From Phoronis australis (lineage: Eukaryota; Animalia; Phoronida): a stretch of 64,000 nucleotides of DNA. Below the pieces are notes generated by a model, which was not told the origin of the DNA, ran no database searches, and saw only the letters and a program-made list of their open reading frames with translations. The position numbers and the translations under genes are program-made. The first letter of the stretch is position 1, and each line of letters begins with the position of its first letter. The stretch is taken from the NCBI GenBank assembly GCA_002633005.1, contig NMRA01000542.1:124001-188000 (forward strand), written 5' to 3'. Below, one piece after another: positions 12,989 through 27,000 of this stretch.

Positions 12989-13921
12989 CAGTGGCGGATC
13001 TAGGATATCACAAGGGGGGGCCAATTTTTTTGTCCGGCTGTAAGCATTTGCGCAAACCGAACCACGATTGTAGATGCGCATAGCACCGAAGTGGGGGGAG
13101 GTCGGGAGGGGGGCAAACCCCCTCCCGCCCAAGAAATTTTTCTGTTTTTACCTCTAAAATCAAGCATTTTCCTTGATTCCTGAAGACAAAAGAGTAAAAA
13201 AAAAAAAAAAACGGAGAACGTGTCGAACAGAAAAAACTGCTAGAACATAAGACTCGAACTCACGACCTGGCGGATACTGCAGGCGTGCGTTACCACTACA
13301 CCACCACAACTTAACTAGTACTCTAATTCTAAGAGACCTACTTATATATGGTCCACAGCGTTTGCGCGCGAAACCTACTTCTTTTTGTAATGCTTATTAC
13401 AAGTTTTATATTTTGTGCCATCAATTCTTAACAAATTTGTCGTATTTAAAATAGTCTTCAAATGCCCAAAAGACCAAATCCGTTTTTCGTGTTGGCAATA
13501 TGACGGGATTGCTTTGGAAATCGTCTTAAGATAAGGTTTGACAAGGAGAGTATTGCGAGTTTCTGAGTGATTCACTAAGGCTTCGATTAAAATTCACATC
13601 TTACCAGCAGCTTCTGTTTTTTCATCGTCACNNNNNNNNNNNNNNNNNNNNNNNNNNNNNNNNNNNNNNNNNNNNNNNNNNNNNNNNNNNNNNNNNNNNN
13701 NNNNNNNNNNNNNNNNNNNNNNNNNNNNNNNNNNNNNNNNNNNNNNNNNNNNNNNNNNNNNNNAAAAAAAAAACGGGAACACAATTCCTCTGGATCTCAT
13801 CCGCCACAGGTCCTAGTTACGGAACTCTAAATTTCCTCGCGCTGTTACCAAGGAGTGTAGTTACTGTTTCATTTCGCGTGCGGCAGCCCAGGGAGGGCCC
13901 CCCCCCCTAAATCCGCCTATG
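12989..13921. mobile_element. Non-autonomous TIR element (CAGTGGCGGATC family) with 5-bp TSD, spanning an N-gap
   Basis: Left end cagtggcggatctagg, right end cctaaatccgcctatg, TATCG at 12984-12988 and 13922-13926. Confidence 0.7.
13246..13306 (-). other. tRNA-derived Pol III A/B-box segment (SINE head-like) inside the TIR element
   Basis: The minus strand reads gTGGTGTAGTGGtaacgcacgcctgcagtatccgccaggtcgtgaGTTCGAGTCt (A-box and B-box). No complete cloverleaf. Confidence 0.5.
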
Positions 13922-15164
13922 TATCGAGTGGTTAAAGTAATCACAATGCCAGTTGGACTCATCTCCGGCGGCACCATCAGTAGACTATAGTCTATAATCT
14001 ATGGCGGCACCGACAACATGGCGACTTTCGCTCAGTGAAAGGCAGGTTCAACCGGCTACTTAGTAGGCCTACCAGTGAAGAGTTAAACTTTAATAGATCT
14101 TGATATGCGTTGCTACTAAAAAGCAACATCGTTCAATTTTCAGGTGTTAACTGTGAATTGCACTTTTACACTCTGATAAAATATTTTTAACTGTTTTAAA
14201 ATCGTTTTGTTTGAAAGTCAACAGTTCTTTATGGTTTGATTATATGTCACAGTAGGATGCATATTTTTCTAAATTTTATGACTTGCCCCCACTCCGTTCG
14301 GGATTTTCTGATCAAAACATAAGGTAGTATGATAAAATACTTTCAATTCATAAACTGCATACAACAAAACTGTTTATACCCCTTTACACCATGAAACACA
14401 AGACGAAACGACAAATTCACAGTTTGTCACATATATCCGGCGTTAAAGCGTCTACCAGCCCCGATCGTAGGACTTGCAGTCTAATTTGAAGAAATAAATG
14501 AAACGAAAAGACATGCCTAATATTCGTTCACAGACTCGCGGCAATGCTTTTTTTCTTTCACTTCTACGGTGATGAAAGATTAGAAATGGTCATCGACTAC
14601 GGTATCTGTCGCTGCATTCCAGTCTTTACCCGACGGAACCGGCGAAGCGCCGGACCGACGGCACTTGCTGGACTGGTTGGAACCTATAGGCCTACGGTCC
14701 GTTTGCGTTCTCAAGAACCCGCTCTCGAGGTGTTTCGTGGTCAACAGCTTCTGTGCCCGATGCTTCGTCACATTCGAGTAAAAATCTTTTTACCAGTCGC
14801 TGGAAGACTCATCGCTATAACTCTCGTACTCCATGTTGGTTCCTAGTCTTTTGTAACTGAGTATAACCACGAGCCAAGTAGTCATTAACTTGTTGTCACC
14901 AACGTTCCATAACCGCATAAACCTGTATATTTAGAACTGACTCGGCTGAAGTTGGATTGATTTCCTAATATTGACCGGACTGTGCGGACAATAACTGCCT
15001 TTGAGTCCGTAAGTTAAAATTTCTTTGGTCCTACCTTTCCTGGAAATACATTTACTTCTTGATGAATTGCACAGAATTTTCTAATATTTTGAGATAGATG
15101 AAACGTTAAAGAACAAAAAGTTACAAGTGAAATTATGAGGGAAGTGGGTGATTCGGCGCTTTGC

Positions 15165-16325
15165 CGGCCACTTAAATAAGCAGGCATTTTCTGAAACATG
15201 ACTTACAAGTTTGTCCCCGATTTTAACGAAATGAGGTGATGCACATTTATTCCAGTGGTTTGTGGATGTCAACATCAGTTACCGCGTGTTAATGTGTGTA
15301 ATTTTGTCAATCGCGTAAAAGTAGTAGAACACCCCAGGATTGGCCTGAACTACCAGCCTTTGGGTTAACAGCCGAACGCGCAAACTGATTGCGCCACAGA
15401 GACCTAGAACATTGAGTGTAGCAATGTTAAAAGAGTACAACGAGATGGAACTGAAGAGATCAAGCGACAACATTTTGACGTTAAGGCTGCCGCCTGGTCC
15501 CGACAGATGGGGCTGTGCAGCTAAGAATGGTGATATCCATCCTTTTACAGAGTTGACGTTTGAAACGGTGCCCTTATGTAGTAGAGACGGTAGATTACTT
15601 TGCTTAAAATGTGCTCCTTACGCTGTGTTCGCCTTTAGTCTGTTGTAAGCATGGTTTCCATATATAATGCTTTTGAAGAAGTAGTTTTCAAAGTAAACCG
15701 TTTCGTAGGGAGTGTAATCGGTACCTTTTTGTAGAAATTTATCAATATGAGGGCAACAACTTGAATGCACTTTCTTCAAGAAAATCAGCAGGAGACATCC
15801 CAGCCATCACTTCTAAATTCTAAGGTAAGTTCTTCTACAAGTTAAATGTTCTGGGGGTCTGCCATACTTGAAAAAAAAAACAATTAAAATGGTTGTGATA
15901 GCAAATTCATATATTTTGAGATGGATGGAATGTTCAAACAATAAAATCGATGTATATATAACTATGACCCAGTGGCGCAGTCCCTTAACCCGTTCGACTA
16001 CTAAACCCTAAGATTGTAAGTTTAAGCTCACCCGGTGAGGGAAATGCGTATTCAGCTTTGCCACTTAAGCAAGCATTTTGAACAGCGGACTCGAACGTTT
16101 TAAGAGAATGATATGAGGTACATATGTGCTTCGGTTATAAATGAAACATCAGTTAATGTTACCACGAAAATGTGTCATTTTGTTAACCACACACAAGTAT
16201 AACCAGTCGTCCCTCCGAACGCGCTATCCGATTGCGCATTTAGTGTGGGTGGCAATGTTGAACAAAAGACAATGAGGTCTGAGATGGAACTGAATGGTTC
16301 AAGCGACAAAATCATGACTTTGCGG
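15165..16325 (+). repeat. Two diverged copies of a SINE-like repeat (about 15165-15480 and 15966-16325)
   Basis: Shared blocks ccacttaa..aagca..cattt, aacatcagtta, and gcaatgtt..gagatggaactgaa..tcaagcgacaa. The second copy is preceded by a tRNA-like A-box (agtggcgcagtc) near 15971. Confidence 0.45.
15735..15824 (+). other. Candidate non-coding 5' exon (possibly DTHD1-like 5' UTR)
   Basis: Acceptor ccttttttgtag and a perfect AAG|gtaagt donor. A further acceptor at 21001 precedes the DTHD1-like ATG. Confidence 0.3.
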
Positions 16326-17852
16326 TTGACGTTGGGTAACAACGACTCGGTGTTTTTTTTTTGTCGATGAAATGACCGATGTCTTGATTTTTGACGACTG
16401 GTGTTTGGTCTAAATAGGTATTGCAATGGGTTGTATATCATTCAAATTTCCCACGTACATGGCAGAAGCGACTTACCCCTCGCCGAACTTGGAAAATTCG
16501 CATTTTTTCAAAATACTCAACCATATGATTATAAACAGGAAGGCATTATTTTCGTGGACACTGTGGGTTTTTGTGAATATCAAGAATTTGAAAAACATAA
16601 TGGTTTCATGGGTTGATGAGTTGTATTTTAAAAGATATTTAAAGATGTGTGACCATTGTTAGCGAAGGTATCCAGTCACCTTAAAGCAATCTAACGTACT
16701 TTTGCTATAAAATTAAAATGCTGTTGAAAAGAATGATGGAAAGGGTAAATTAAAAACAACCGATGGTATGAGCAGTCAGGCGTTCGCTGAAATCGCGCTG
16801 CCTTTAAAATCATTTCATTTGCATTATGCATTGCAAATAGCAAAGAAGTTGTGTTAATATTTCAGTGTTTGGTGGAGTAATGTTCTACTTCATTATTGAC
16901 AAATTAATCTGATCTGAAAAATATGCTCATCACTGACTCTCATGTTGGAATGTTGGGACACAACATGAAACAGCATTTCGCTTGTATCAGGAAGAGATAA
17001 CCATCTCTTACTGCTCATATCCTCGCGCTCATTCATTCCTTCACTTCCAGCCGCTGAGATAAACCGCGTTCAGATTGAAGTAGCGGATACATTAGTGGAG
17101 TTCTACGCCAGTGTCGATGCCAACATCAACCTGGGTCGCCTAATAGGATTATGGATCTCGAACAGGCCTCTGAGCTCAGTACTAACTTATCTCTTCCTGG
17201 TACTACCCAATGAACACTTGCGCGTTGCCGCAAACATTGGGGCCTTCGAAAAAAACTTCAATTTGGTGGCTTAGTAGTAAACAGAAATATTTTAGTAGTG
17301 AAAAAACGACTTAGTTGGTGAGCCAATTAAGATCTTTTAAAAGACTTTTTGTTCATTAGCCAACTGGAATAAAATTGTCATCACATAAAGTAATAAATTA
17401 ATGGATTTAGGGGATAGCCGACACAGTTTTCTTGAATGTGCCGGGGGTGTTCCGTAAGACGAGAGTTGAAATATCTTCGGAGGGCTTTCGCAGACGGATT
17501 TTGTAATTCCATGATTTTCATCAACGAAACAATAGGTTAGCCTGAAACCCTTAACCATTCCGCACTTTTGACTACCCAAACGTAGGCCATTTGATCTCTA
17601 ATGCCCGGCCAATATCACCGAGTCAGTGTCACAAAGCTAAAATGAACACACCCGGCGGGTAATGAATCGTTCTCATCACCTCAACTTAACTCACAAACAA
17701 TAAGCAAGGCAATAACTGCGTTCTAAAGGTAATTATATGTACGTAGAATGCAGGGAAGTGATAGACGGATTATATCAGTGATTGAAGTTATTGAGTAGTC
17801 TACCTGATTGCAACAAGTTCAAGATTTTGATCCGTTGTTTACCGGGAATCTG

Positions 17853-18140
17853 GATAAGTAAGTAAGTAAGTAAAATAATAAGTATGTAAATAGTCAGAAA
17901 GTACGCAAGTACGTAAATGAGTAAATAATTAATTACTTAAATAAGTAATTAAGTGAGTAAGTTAGTAATTGAGAGAGTGAATCAGTAAACAACTAAGTAA
18001 ATAAGCAAGTAAGTAAGTACGTAAATTAATAAATAATCAATTACTTAAGCAAGTAATTAAGTGAGTAAGTAAGTGAATAAGTAAAGTAAATATAACTAAG
18101 TAAATGGGTAAGTATAACTAGTAAAGCGAGTACAAATAAA
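17853..18140. repeat. Degenerate (TAAG/TAAA)n microsatellite
   Basis: Runs of aagtaagtaagt and taaataa. Confidence 0.8.
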
Positions 18141-21049
18141 TAGGGGAACACTGGCACATGTTCTAGCTCCGATGGAAAATCATTTGCAAACAGACATCCT
18201 CATACAATACATATGTCTCTCATATTAAGACAATAATGCACAATGAGAGCATTGCTGACGGACATGACGTACGCTTAGGAATTTTGTAGTATAACAGTGG
18301 GACGGGAATTTCCTTACGTTAGTACCTTGAGTCGATCCAAAGACAAACTCAATGATTATGGAAGGTATTTCACCGTAAGCAGCATTATTTAAAATCTTAT
18401 AGTCATAATTAGAATTGTGTTCTTACTAATGCTGTACTGATACGCAAGCTATGAGTAGTTTCACTTCTTTCACACAAGTGGAACTCGAAAACATAATTTA
18501 TCAATTCAAGGGCATTGACTTTTTATTATAGGCTAGGGTGTCTGATATCGGAAAAATATTCAGTAATGAACATGTGTCAACATGTACAGACATCATTGCC
18601 GCAAATTAATCCCAACAGAGAGAGCTGACACAATTACAGGATTATCTAATGTTCTCTCCATTTGTGCGTGAACAATGTGTGCGATCAGCCACATTAACTT
18701 TTTACATCGATTTCCATTTGGAAAGGGAGCATCGTGCTAGTTCTTGAGGATTTATATAAAACACGAAGCTGTACTTTCTTAAATATATCTCATTTGCTGG
18801 TTCCATTTCGAAAATTGTCTTTTTCGAATTGATCTGTCCAATCATGACTTATTCAGGTTAACAACAGTGCCCGGATGTCCCTATCTGTATGTTCCCCAGG
18901 ATATATAAATATTAGTTAATTCTTGTTCAGAAAACATCTCAGAGACAAATGACTAGGGTTCAGTTAGATTTGTGCAATTCAGTTGTCCCGGTTCTGACTC
19001 AGTTCCCATGCCACGTTACAGGACAAGTAGATGTAATTCAGTGGATTTAAGTTAGGTTTCAGATCCAAACACATCAAAGAAACGGCAGGTTTATGAAACA
19101 TTGAAGTCCCACTTGGTCTAACTGTATCGTTATGACTTGACTTGTTGGTCATATCACATTTTCATTTGCTATTTATCAATAACATGCAACAGTACTACGA
19201 TAGAGTTCGTAGTGGCATTTACAATCTCAATCACTCTGCGGCGGGTAAAGTTAGAATTATCCCCCCCAAGCTGTTTAATTTTTCATCAAGGCCGGTGTAA
19301 TATTGTTCACATATTGTTATTGCTCGGAGGGCGTTAGTAACGAACCAGGAACGAAACTCATACTGATTCCGGTAGTAAAGAAATATGGAATAGTCAACCA
19401 ACAGTTTTTGTAGTTGAAAAGGTTATATTCTTTAGTAAAATAGAAGCTATCAATATTTTCTAATTATGAATGATAACACCAGGTCGACTTCAGAAGTTCC
19501 CTATTCTATTATCTGTTACCTTACTTCAGTTTTTATGCGTAGGGTATTGTTTACACAACACATCATCTCGAGGGTTAAGCAATTGTTTAATAAGTAAAGC
19601 GTACGGCCTTATCTGGCTCATCTGCGAGGAGGCTAAATCTAAAGGTCACCTGTCGGTTGCTAAGCGCATTAAACACCATAAAATTCTGAAGGAGCGTAAC
19701 TATCTCGTTGTACAACGTATTTCTTGGCCAATTTACAACGCTGCGTGACTGTTGAACGGTTACTACACTGTCGCCTACACAATCTACACAAAGATTTGAC
19801 GATCAAAATGACGTGTCTTTTTGTTCCTGGAGAGACAACACGGATGCAGACGTCCCAGCGTGACAGAGATTTATCTGTTAACTAAGCTAGTAAGTGTCTG
19901 ATTGGCGACAATCAAAACTCTGCTGAAAAAGTGTTAACTCTTTCCTTTTACATTCTCTGTTGCATATATTGGTTCACGCAGCAGTGTTTTTGGTGGAGTA
20001 TTCTCAATTAATTTCTAAGTTACAGATTCCATCCAATTATATTAATTGACTGTAGAATTAATTAACGTAACATAATCAATCTGTATCGGTATGTTGGGTG
20101 AAAATTACTTCTGCTTTCTCTTTGTAACGTTTGTGTTCCTTACGATTCAATAGCGACATAAAGTGAGTAATGTCGAACAGTCTTTTTATTATACTAGTAT
20201 CGGGTAGCCCGCCAATAAGCCTACTCAACGACTGATAAGTATTTGTTTCTCTTCATTTCTGTAAATCGGCAGTTTGCTGGAGTAGTGGAGGTATGAAATA
20301 ATCTATATAGTTACAAAGGGACCTAAAAATAACTTCGGTCCGATTGACCAAGTCACGTGACATGAAGAAAACTGTCTGATCACATTTCTCTCGTGTAATG
20401 TCGTGCATGTTCAAATTCTTTATTCAGGTCTGTAAATTTCACACCAGGTTTCTTACCCTGTGGTATTTATGTGCGCTACGCACGGATGCGCGCCTTTTAC
20501 AGTCAGTCATGTCAATCTCGAATCTCTTTGAAAAGGAAAGTGAACACCAATGTCAATGTTATTAACGGACGAAAAGACGAACACAGCATTAGTGAAACCT
20601 TTGTATCTTCAGTTAGTCTTGCGTGCCTATGAATTTGCCTGGATACAGTGTGTTTTCACTTGACATTCAATAAAGCAAGCGACAGCATTAAACACAGCGC
20701 TTCTCGACAACATTCGCGCTACGCTTGTACGCACGTGTACATGGGCAAGTTTCTTGAGTGTAAGTTATGGTATATGGTCTCCAGTAGTCATGCTTTCCTG
20801 TGTTCTTGTACACTGATGTTGCTGTTCGGGGTTTTCAAATTAAATCACTATTTAATGATTTTTACTTCAATTCAATCGATCAGTTATGTCGTTGGGAATA
20901 CGTGGTGTCTATTTACCATAGCAACCGACGTATGTATGTAATTATTCACCGCTTTTTGAAAAAAATGTGCAATATTAGGTAACATATCTTATTGTTGCAG
21001 TTGACGGTTCATCTCAAGTGTAAGACAGAGAATTAACTTTCATTTGAAA

Positions 21050-24000
21050 ATGCCTCACTCTGGACATGATCATGGGCGTAACAGCAATCACAACAACGTG
21101 AAGGACACGGATCAAGAGACAACGGAGACAGTTCCAGATAACGAAGGAGAACATGATAGCAATCCATCAGGCACCCAACCTTGGAAAGAAGGGGAGGAAA
21201 GACGTACTACCCCCCAACCCGCAGCGGACGGAGATCAAAGTCAGGACCAAGATTCAACTGAACAAGAATTACCTCCTGAGGTCGGGACCGAAGAGGGTCT
21301 CACTGAAGCGGATTTAGCCGAGGAAAATCTTGATATGGATTACAACGACGACATATTTGAGGAAGAAATAAATCTTGAGCCCTGTGAACCGAGGGATTTT
21401 AACAGCCAAAAGTTTTATGAAGTAACCCAGTGTTTCATAGACAAATTTGGTGATGATAGTTACAAGGATTTTTCATCTATTGAGAAGTATCCGATGACAG
21501 AACTTAAGGCGTTATCAACTCGAGTTAACGTTTACATGAAGGATTTTTATAATTACAGTCTTTTCATGCAGAATAACATCAATAAGCTAAGGTCTAAAAT
21601 CCGAATGTTGAGTGGAAAAATACGCGACTTCTTACCAAGGAAACGAGAAAATGGGTCTGGCAACGGTGAGTTAAAATGCGCTTAGTAAATCAATCTCGAT
21701 GTTTACTAAACATAGTAGTCATCACCCATTTGCCACTGTTATGATGCTATTTGGACATACAAATAGGAACAGATATGCAAAGACAAATCACATTTTTCAA
21801 GACTTTGCAGGCCTTCGGTTTTTTGATTCAGAAAACGACGGGGGATTTAGACTTGAAAATTTTAATTAATCGATGTGGTCCGACGACGGTTGCACCCATT
21901 GTATGCCCACGGAGTTAAGAATTGATGTTTAAGATTGTCCAGGTCCATAGCCAGGTAATAATTTTCGAAGTGTCCAGTCAGTTACAGTGCTACGTAAATG
22001 AGTCATAATTAGTATTATTCTTGAACTTATTTTGGCATTTAAAATTTATTGGACTAGGCAAAAACGTCAAAATGACATCATACTAGACAAGCGATTAACT
22101 CTACTAACGAAAACGAATCAACTGCGATATATGTCATGTATCTTATGCATGAAACTTGTAAACATTTAATAATTTAATTTAATTTTGATTAGTTATTGGA
22201 AGATTACATTTCCAATGGTAATGGTGGAGAGGACTATCAAAGTTTTCGAAGGAAAAATGTCCACGTAAGCTGACAGCTTAAATGTCTCTGTATGGGGGCG
22301 ACTGGGTCCTCTGGGACTCCATCATGAATCCACCCATGCACTAATATTTACTTTTTGCTCTATCGTTGGTAAATTATTCATTTCTGTAAAGAAATACAAC
22401 CAGTTGCACGAAAACCTGTTTGCGCTTCAAGCAGCGTAGTTATTTTCTCCTTCGTATCCGAAGTTGGTTTCTTTATCAAACGTTGCTAAGTGCCGGTCGC
22501 GACTCGAACATAAATGATATACTTTTATAGGCAATAAATTTTGATAAAGCATGAATTCATTCGATAATTGCGCCTCTTTTAACAACCTGCCAACGGAAGA
22601 TAAGTGATTCTGAGATGAGCTGTGTCAATGTTTTCGTCGTTCACACAGCCACGGTTGACAAAAGTTGTCAGTATTAATCTTGTTTGACTGTTTATTAAAT
22701 TGATGGGTCAATAGATCTACGCACACTTGTAAACCTTAACAACTATTATCGAGATGTAAATTAGTGGCCAGTTAACCTTGCATACATTCTGTTGGGATTT
22801 ACTCAGAGATTTCTGTTGGTCTTTTGGATTCAGTTAGCGCGGTTGTTGACGAAGCTACAAGTCGGTTTAGCATTTTATTTCCACGATCCGGTTTTTGCCT
22901 CATTGCCAGAAGTAGCATTCGTTACCGATCAATTTATTGTCTTTGACATTTGACCTATTGAAACGTTGGACATACCAACGTTTTAACTGAAATTGAATTC
23001 CAAGAACTTGGTGAAAGAAGATACAACAAATTTATTTCAGAAGAAGTGTCATTTGAAGAACGCGAGCTTCTTGCAAAAATTGAGGCACTGAAAGGTGAAC
23101 TCGCTCAAGCTAATGTCGACTTATCTCAGGCAGTGAAGCTTTCAACAGAATCCGAGTCCGCGGCAATCGAGGCAGCTTTGTCGGCGCAGAGGGCGAAAGA
23201 CATCGCCAGAAAACTTCAATGTGAAATGGAGGTAACTTAATGAGATTTAAACGATCAATCATAATGGTGGGTCGGTTTGACATTTATTGACCGAGACATT
23301 CCGCCCTCCCCAGTAGGTTTCAACTAAATTCAAATGATTTTTTTAGCAACGTCGCATCCAGAATTTCGAATACTAAATCGTCAACTTGTTTTCTCTGTGT
23401 GAGCATACATGCATACATGCATACATTTCTAGCTGCTGATACCCGAAGTAACGCTACGCAACAATTTCTGTTTTTGAATGTTTGCATCCTCTGACTTCTG
23501 ATCACCTGCTTTTCTGAGATAGAATTAAATTTTGTAGGAACAAAAGCGTTTGGAGGAAGAAGCGAAAGTAAGAGAGGAAGAAAGGAGGCTTGCAAAGGAA
23601 GAAGAGAAGAAGAAAAAAGAAGAAGAACGACGTCAGCACGAGCTGAAGCAGCAAAAAGAAATTGAGAATAGATTGCAGAGCAAAGGTCATTTAAAGATGG
23701 CTTCGACCAGTGTCCACGCTAATCATCGTCGGGAGATGTGGGAAGACTGGCCACTGACTACGTGAGTTGAGAATAGTAGTTCTAGATACCTAGTTTCTTT
23801 TAGCCATAATATGTTGTATTGCTAGGTTCAAAATCCGTATTGCTATGACAATTAGAAAGTGCCGAACTTGGGTCAATCGACAATGTTAAAAACAAGGCTA
23901 AATAAATTGGAGACAATTAACCCATTACGTAACACTGTATTTCCTTTTGTTTAGATGTCCAAAACACCAAAATTAAAACTAAATTACAAGCCGCTACAAA

Positions 24001-27000
24001 ATCGGCCAAAAATCTTTTGATCGTGACAGGAATTTATTTCCGTTGCCACGAAGAACTTTCAAAGAATTTTCGAGTAAAATACGCTTCCAAAACCTCTGTG
24101 ATGGTCAGCCATTCCAAACATTTACCTTCTATCGCGTGAATCTATCTTTGATTGACGTAAATAATACATTGCTTGACTTCATCTAAGCTTAAACCGTGTC
24201 ACTGTCAATTGTGATAATAAATTACACTGCAACTCTACTTACTTACTCAAATAATTGTTTTTGTTGACAGGTCCCAGAAAAAGTTCGGTTAATTCAGTAA
24301 GATAAGATTTCTTTCAATAAAACGTTAACATTGGGATCAGTGAAATGTGTATTTCTATAATATCTGCGTTTGCACAGATACGATAAGTAAAGATTTATCG
24401 ACGTCAATGGAAATAAGATAAAATGCACATGACAACGGAAAAATGCAACACTACTAGACAGTAGTATTACGCTGACGTTTGATGCGAAATTGGATTATCT
24501 CCAAAAACGACTTTTTGAAATTACCTATGCCATTTTAAAGTTATGAATACAAGATCATATCATTTAATTTATTGTAACAATGACGATTGCAGTTACAAAT
24601 ATACTCTGTAAACACGGATAAACATGAATAAAACATGTAAACATGAATAAAAGGGGCAGTTATTCTCCTGCTGACAAAATATTCCTTGTAAAACATTACA
24701 GATTTAATACGGAGTCGAATGACTACAACCAAGGAGTTCTGTGCAATGTACGAGCAGACCCGACTAAATTCGACGGATGCGGCATCATTTGTGAAAGTGT
24801 GGATCATTTGGACACCGATTTCGTGTATAACTCGCACGACGAGCTTATAAGTTGCATCATTCGAGTCAAAAACGCCAACAGCGAGACTGAAGTAGCAAAT
24901 GAAAGAGGTAGTGAATCGCTACATGACAAGGACATGGAAGAGCAAGCGCACGTGATTGATCAAAAAGCAGACGACAAAAAAGTAGAACCAGGAGATAAAG
25001 AAGACAATAAGGACGACGAAGAAAAAGATAGTAAGGATGAATCAGAAGTTACTAGTAATGAAAAAATGGGTGAGATCGAGCCTCCAGAAAAACCACTGGA
25101 AGTGGCAAATGATGCCGAAGAATTAAGAGAAATAAGCAATAAACATGAAAAAGACGAAAACAAGGGTGAAGACGATGCACTAAATGTAAGTTAGAGAAAC
25201 GATGGCATGCATGCAAGTATCTTACATTATTAAAAACAAATTAAAATTCCTTATATAACTAATTTTTTGTTTTCCATCTCCCAAAATATGTTGCCAGTTC
25301 TTTCATGCTTTGTTTTACGTGTAAATTTTATTATACAAACCCAAACATTCGTTTATAGGTGCCAGTCTTTGTCGCTGTACCCCATTGTCTCTCTCGACTC
25401 AGTGCCATTTCTCGGGAACCTGTGATCAAGGCAAAAGTGAGAGGCGTTTGGAAAGAATTGTTGACACACGAAGTAGTCTTCGACAGCACTAAAGTACGTA
25501 CTGTTACGAGTCTTATCAGTGCTGTGTTCACATGTCTTTAAAAGGCACTGAACGTCTCATCCGCGATCTGGAAAAATGATTCACATGTGAACGGTTATCA
25601 AATGCCTGATCTGCCTTCTTATCACCTAACACCAAATCAAACGGCAGATCTGTCCCTTTACTATGATAAGAAGCCTATATTGTAATGATGTGGTTTGTTT
25701 TTAAGCTCTACCTGTCCATGGTGATCGCAAGGGATTGGCCAGAATACTTGAATTTTGACCATTGAGTTCATGAGAATTCCTCGTAAGATTGTAGATGGAA
25801 CGCCTATGTGAACCATTGGTTTGAGGGTCTGATCTGCCTCCTGACCAGATGTGTTTTCTGCCTTGTTATGAAAATTCTGCTCACGAAACTTGCTGTTCGT
25901 AAATCCGGCTACGTTTTACTTCAATTTACACGTAGCGAAACGTTATTTTTTATGTCATCGATAGTTGTATTTATTTATACCTTTATCAAGCGACGCAGTC
26001 TGCTTTCGTTTGAAAACGAAATTCATGTTTTCAACACTGAAAGAAGCACGAGAGAAGAAAAACGGTGTGAAAAGCAAAGGACACTTTGCGTGTAGACGCG
26101 AGTTTGGGCTCATAAATTCACCGTATGCTATTTTGCAACAGGATTTGAAGTTTGCCCAAGTGGAGCTGACGCACGTTACCACACTTGCTGTCGTATCTCG
26201 CTTCAAGAAAGACTATTATAAATTCATGAAGAAGGGTAACAAAGTCATTTCATCAACAGATTCCAGGATAACGCTGTCGACTGAACCCGAGACCTTTGAG
26301 AAAACAGAACATATTATATTGCAGGTATTAGCTCATTGTTTAAGGGTCTCCTAAGGGACCAGGTGGAGTCCAAGGTGGCCACTCAAGTGAGATTTAATGA
26401 CGCGGTTATCTCTTGGTAACCATTAAAATAAAAAATAAAAATTAACTCCAGTCATTTCTAATGGGAAAAATGATAATGGTATGATGAGAAGATTTTGAAT
26501 AATTATTTTAGCACAAAATGACTTTTTGCGAGTTTATGCCTTTCTCCACACTCCCGCACACACTTAGTGTTGTTCCTACAGGTCCAGCCAGTTGAGTCAC
26601 ACAGCGTTTCAGAACTCCGTACAAAGAACCATGTCTGTAAAGGTCTTCTTGCGTCCAGCGCCATATTGAACATTGACTGGGAATCGGAGGACATAGACGA
26701 GTTCCATTATCCAATAAAGGTACGAAGCGAGATGCTGTACAATGTAGATTTATGTACTATCATATACATGTATGTATTAACGTGAGATTTCTATTGCATT
26801 CCTTGAGTCTGTTTCTGTTGTGCTCAATTTAATGTATGACGATGATGTCGGTTTCAGGTGACTATTCCCTGCCCGCCAAACCCCGCAAAAGCCCGCAAGG
26901 CTGCAGCGATACGAGCCATGAAGGAGGCGCGGATGAAAAATCCTCAGAAAAACCAACAACAGGAAGAGGCGAACCGAAAGTCTGAGACCAGTCGCATGGA

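Noticed and set aside
13246-13306. Functional tRNA gene
   Set aside because: The A and B boxes are present but the acceptor and anticodon stems cannot be formed.
22193-22264. Extra DTHD1-like exon (LLEDYISNGNGGEDYQSFRRKNVH)
   Set aside because: Its phases are incompatible with the phase-1 intron, and direct splicing 21665->23041 keeps the frame.
24271-24296. Micro-exon in a DTHD1-like intron
   Set aside because: It has an in-frame TAA in the required phase, and 23761->24702 splices in frame without it.
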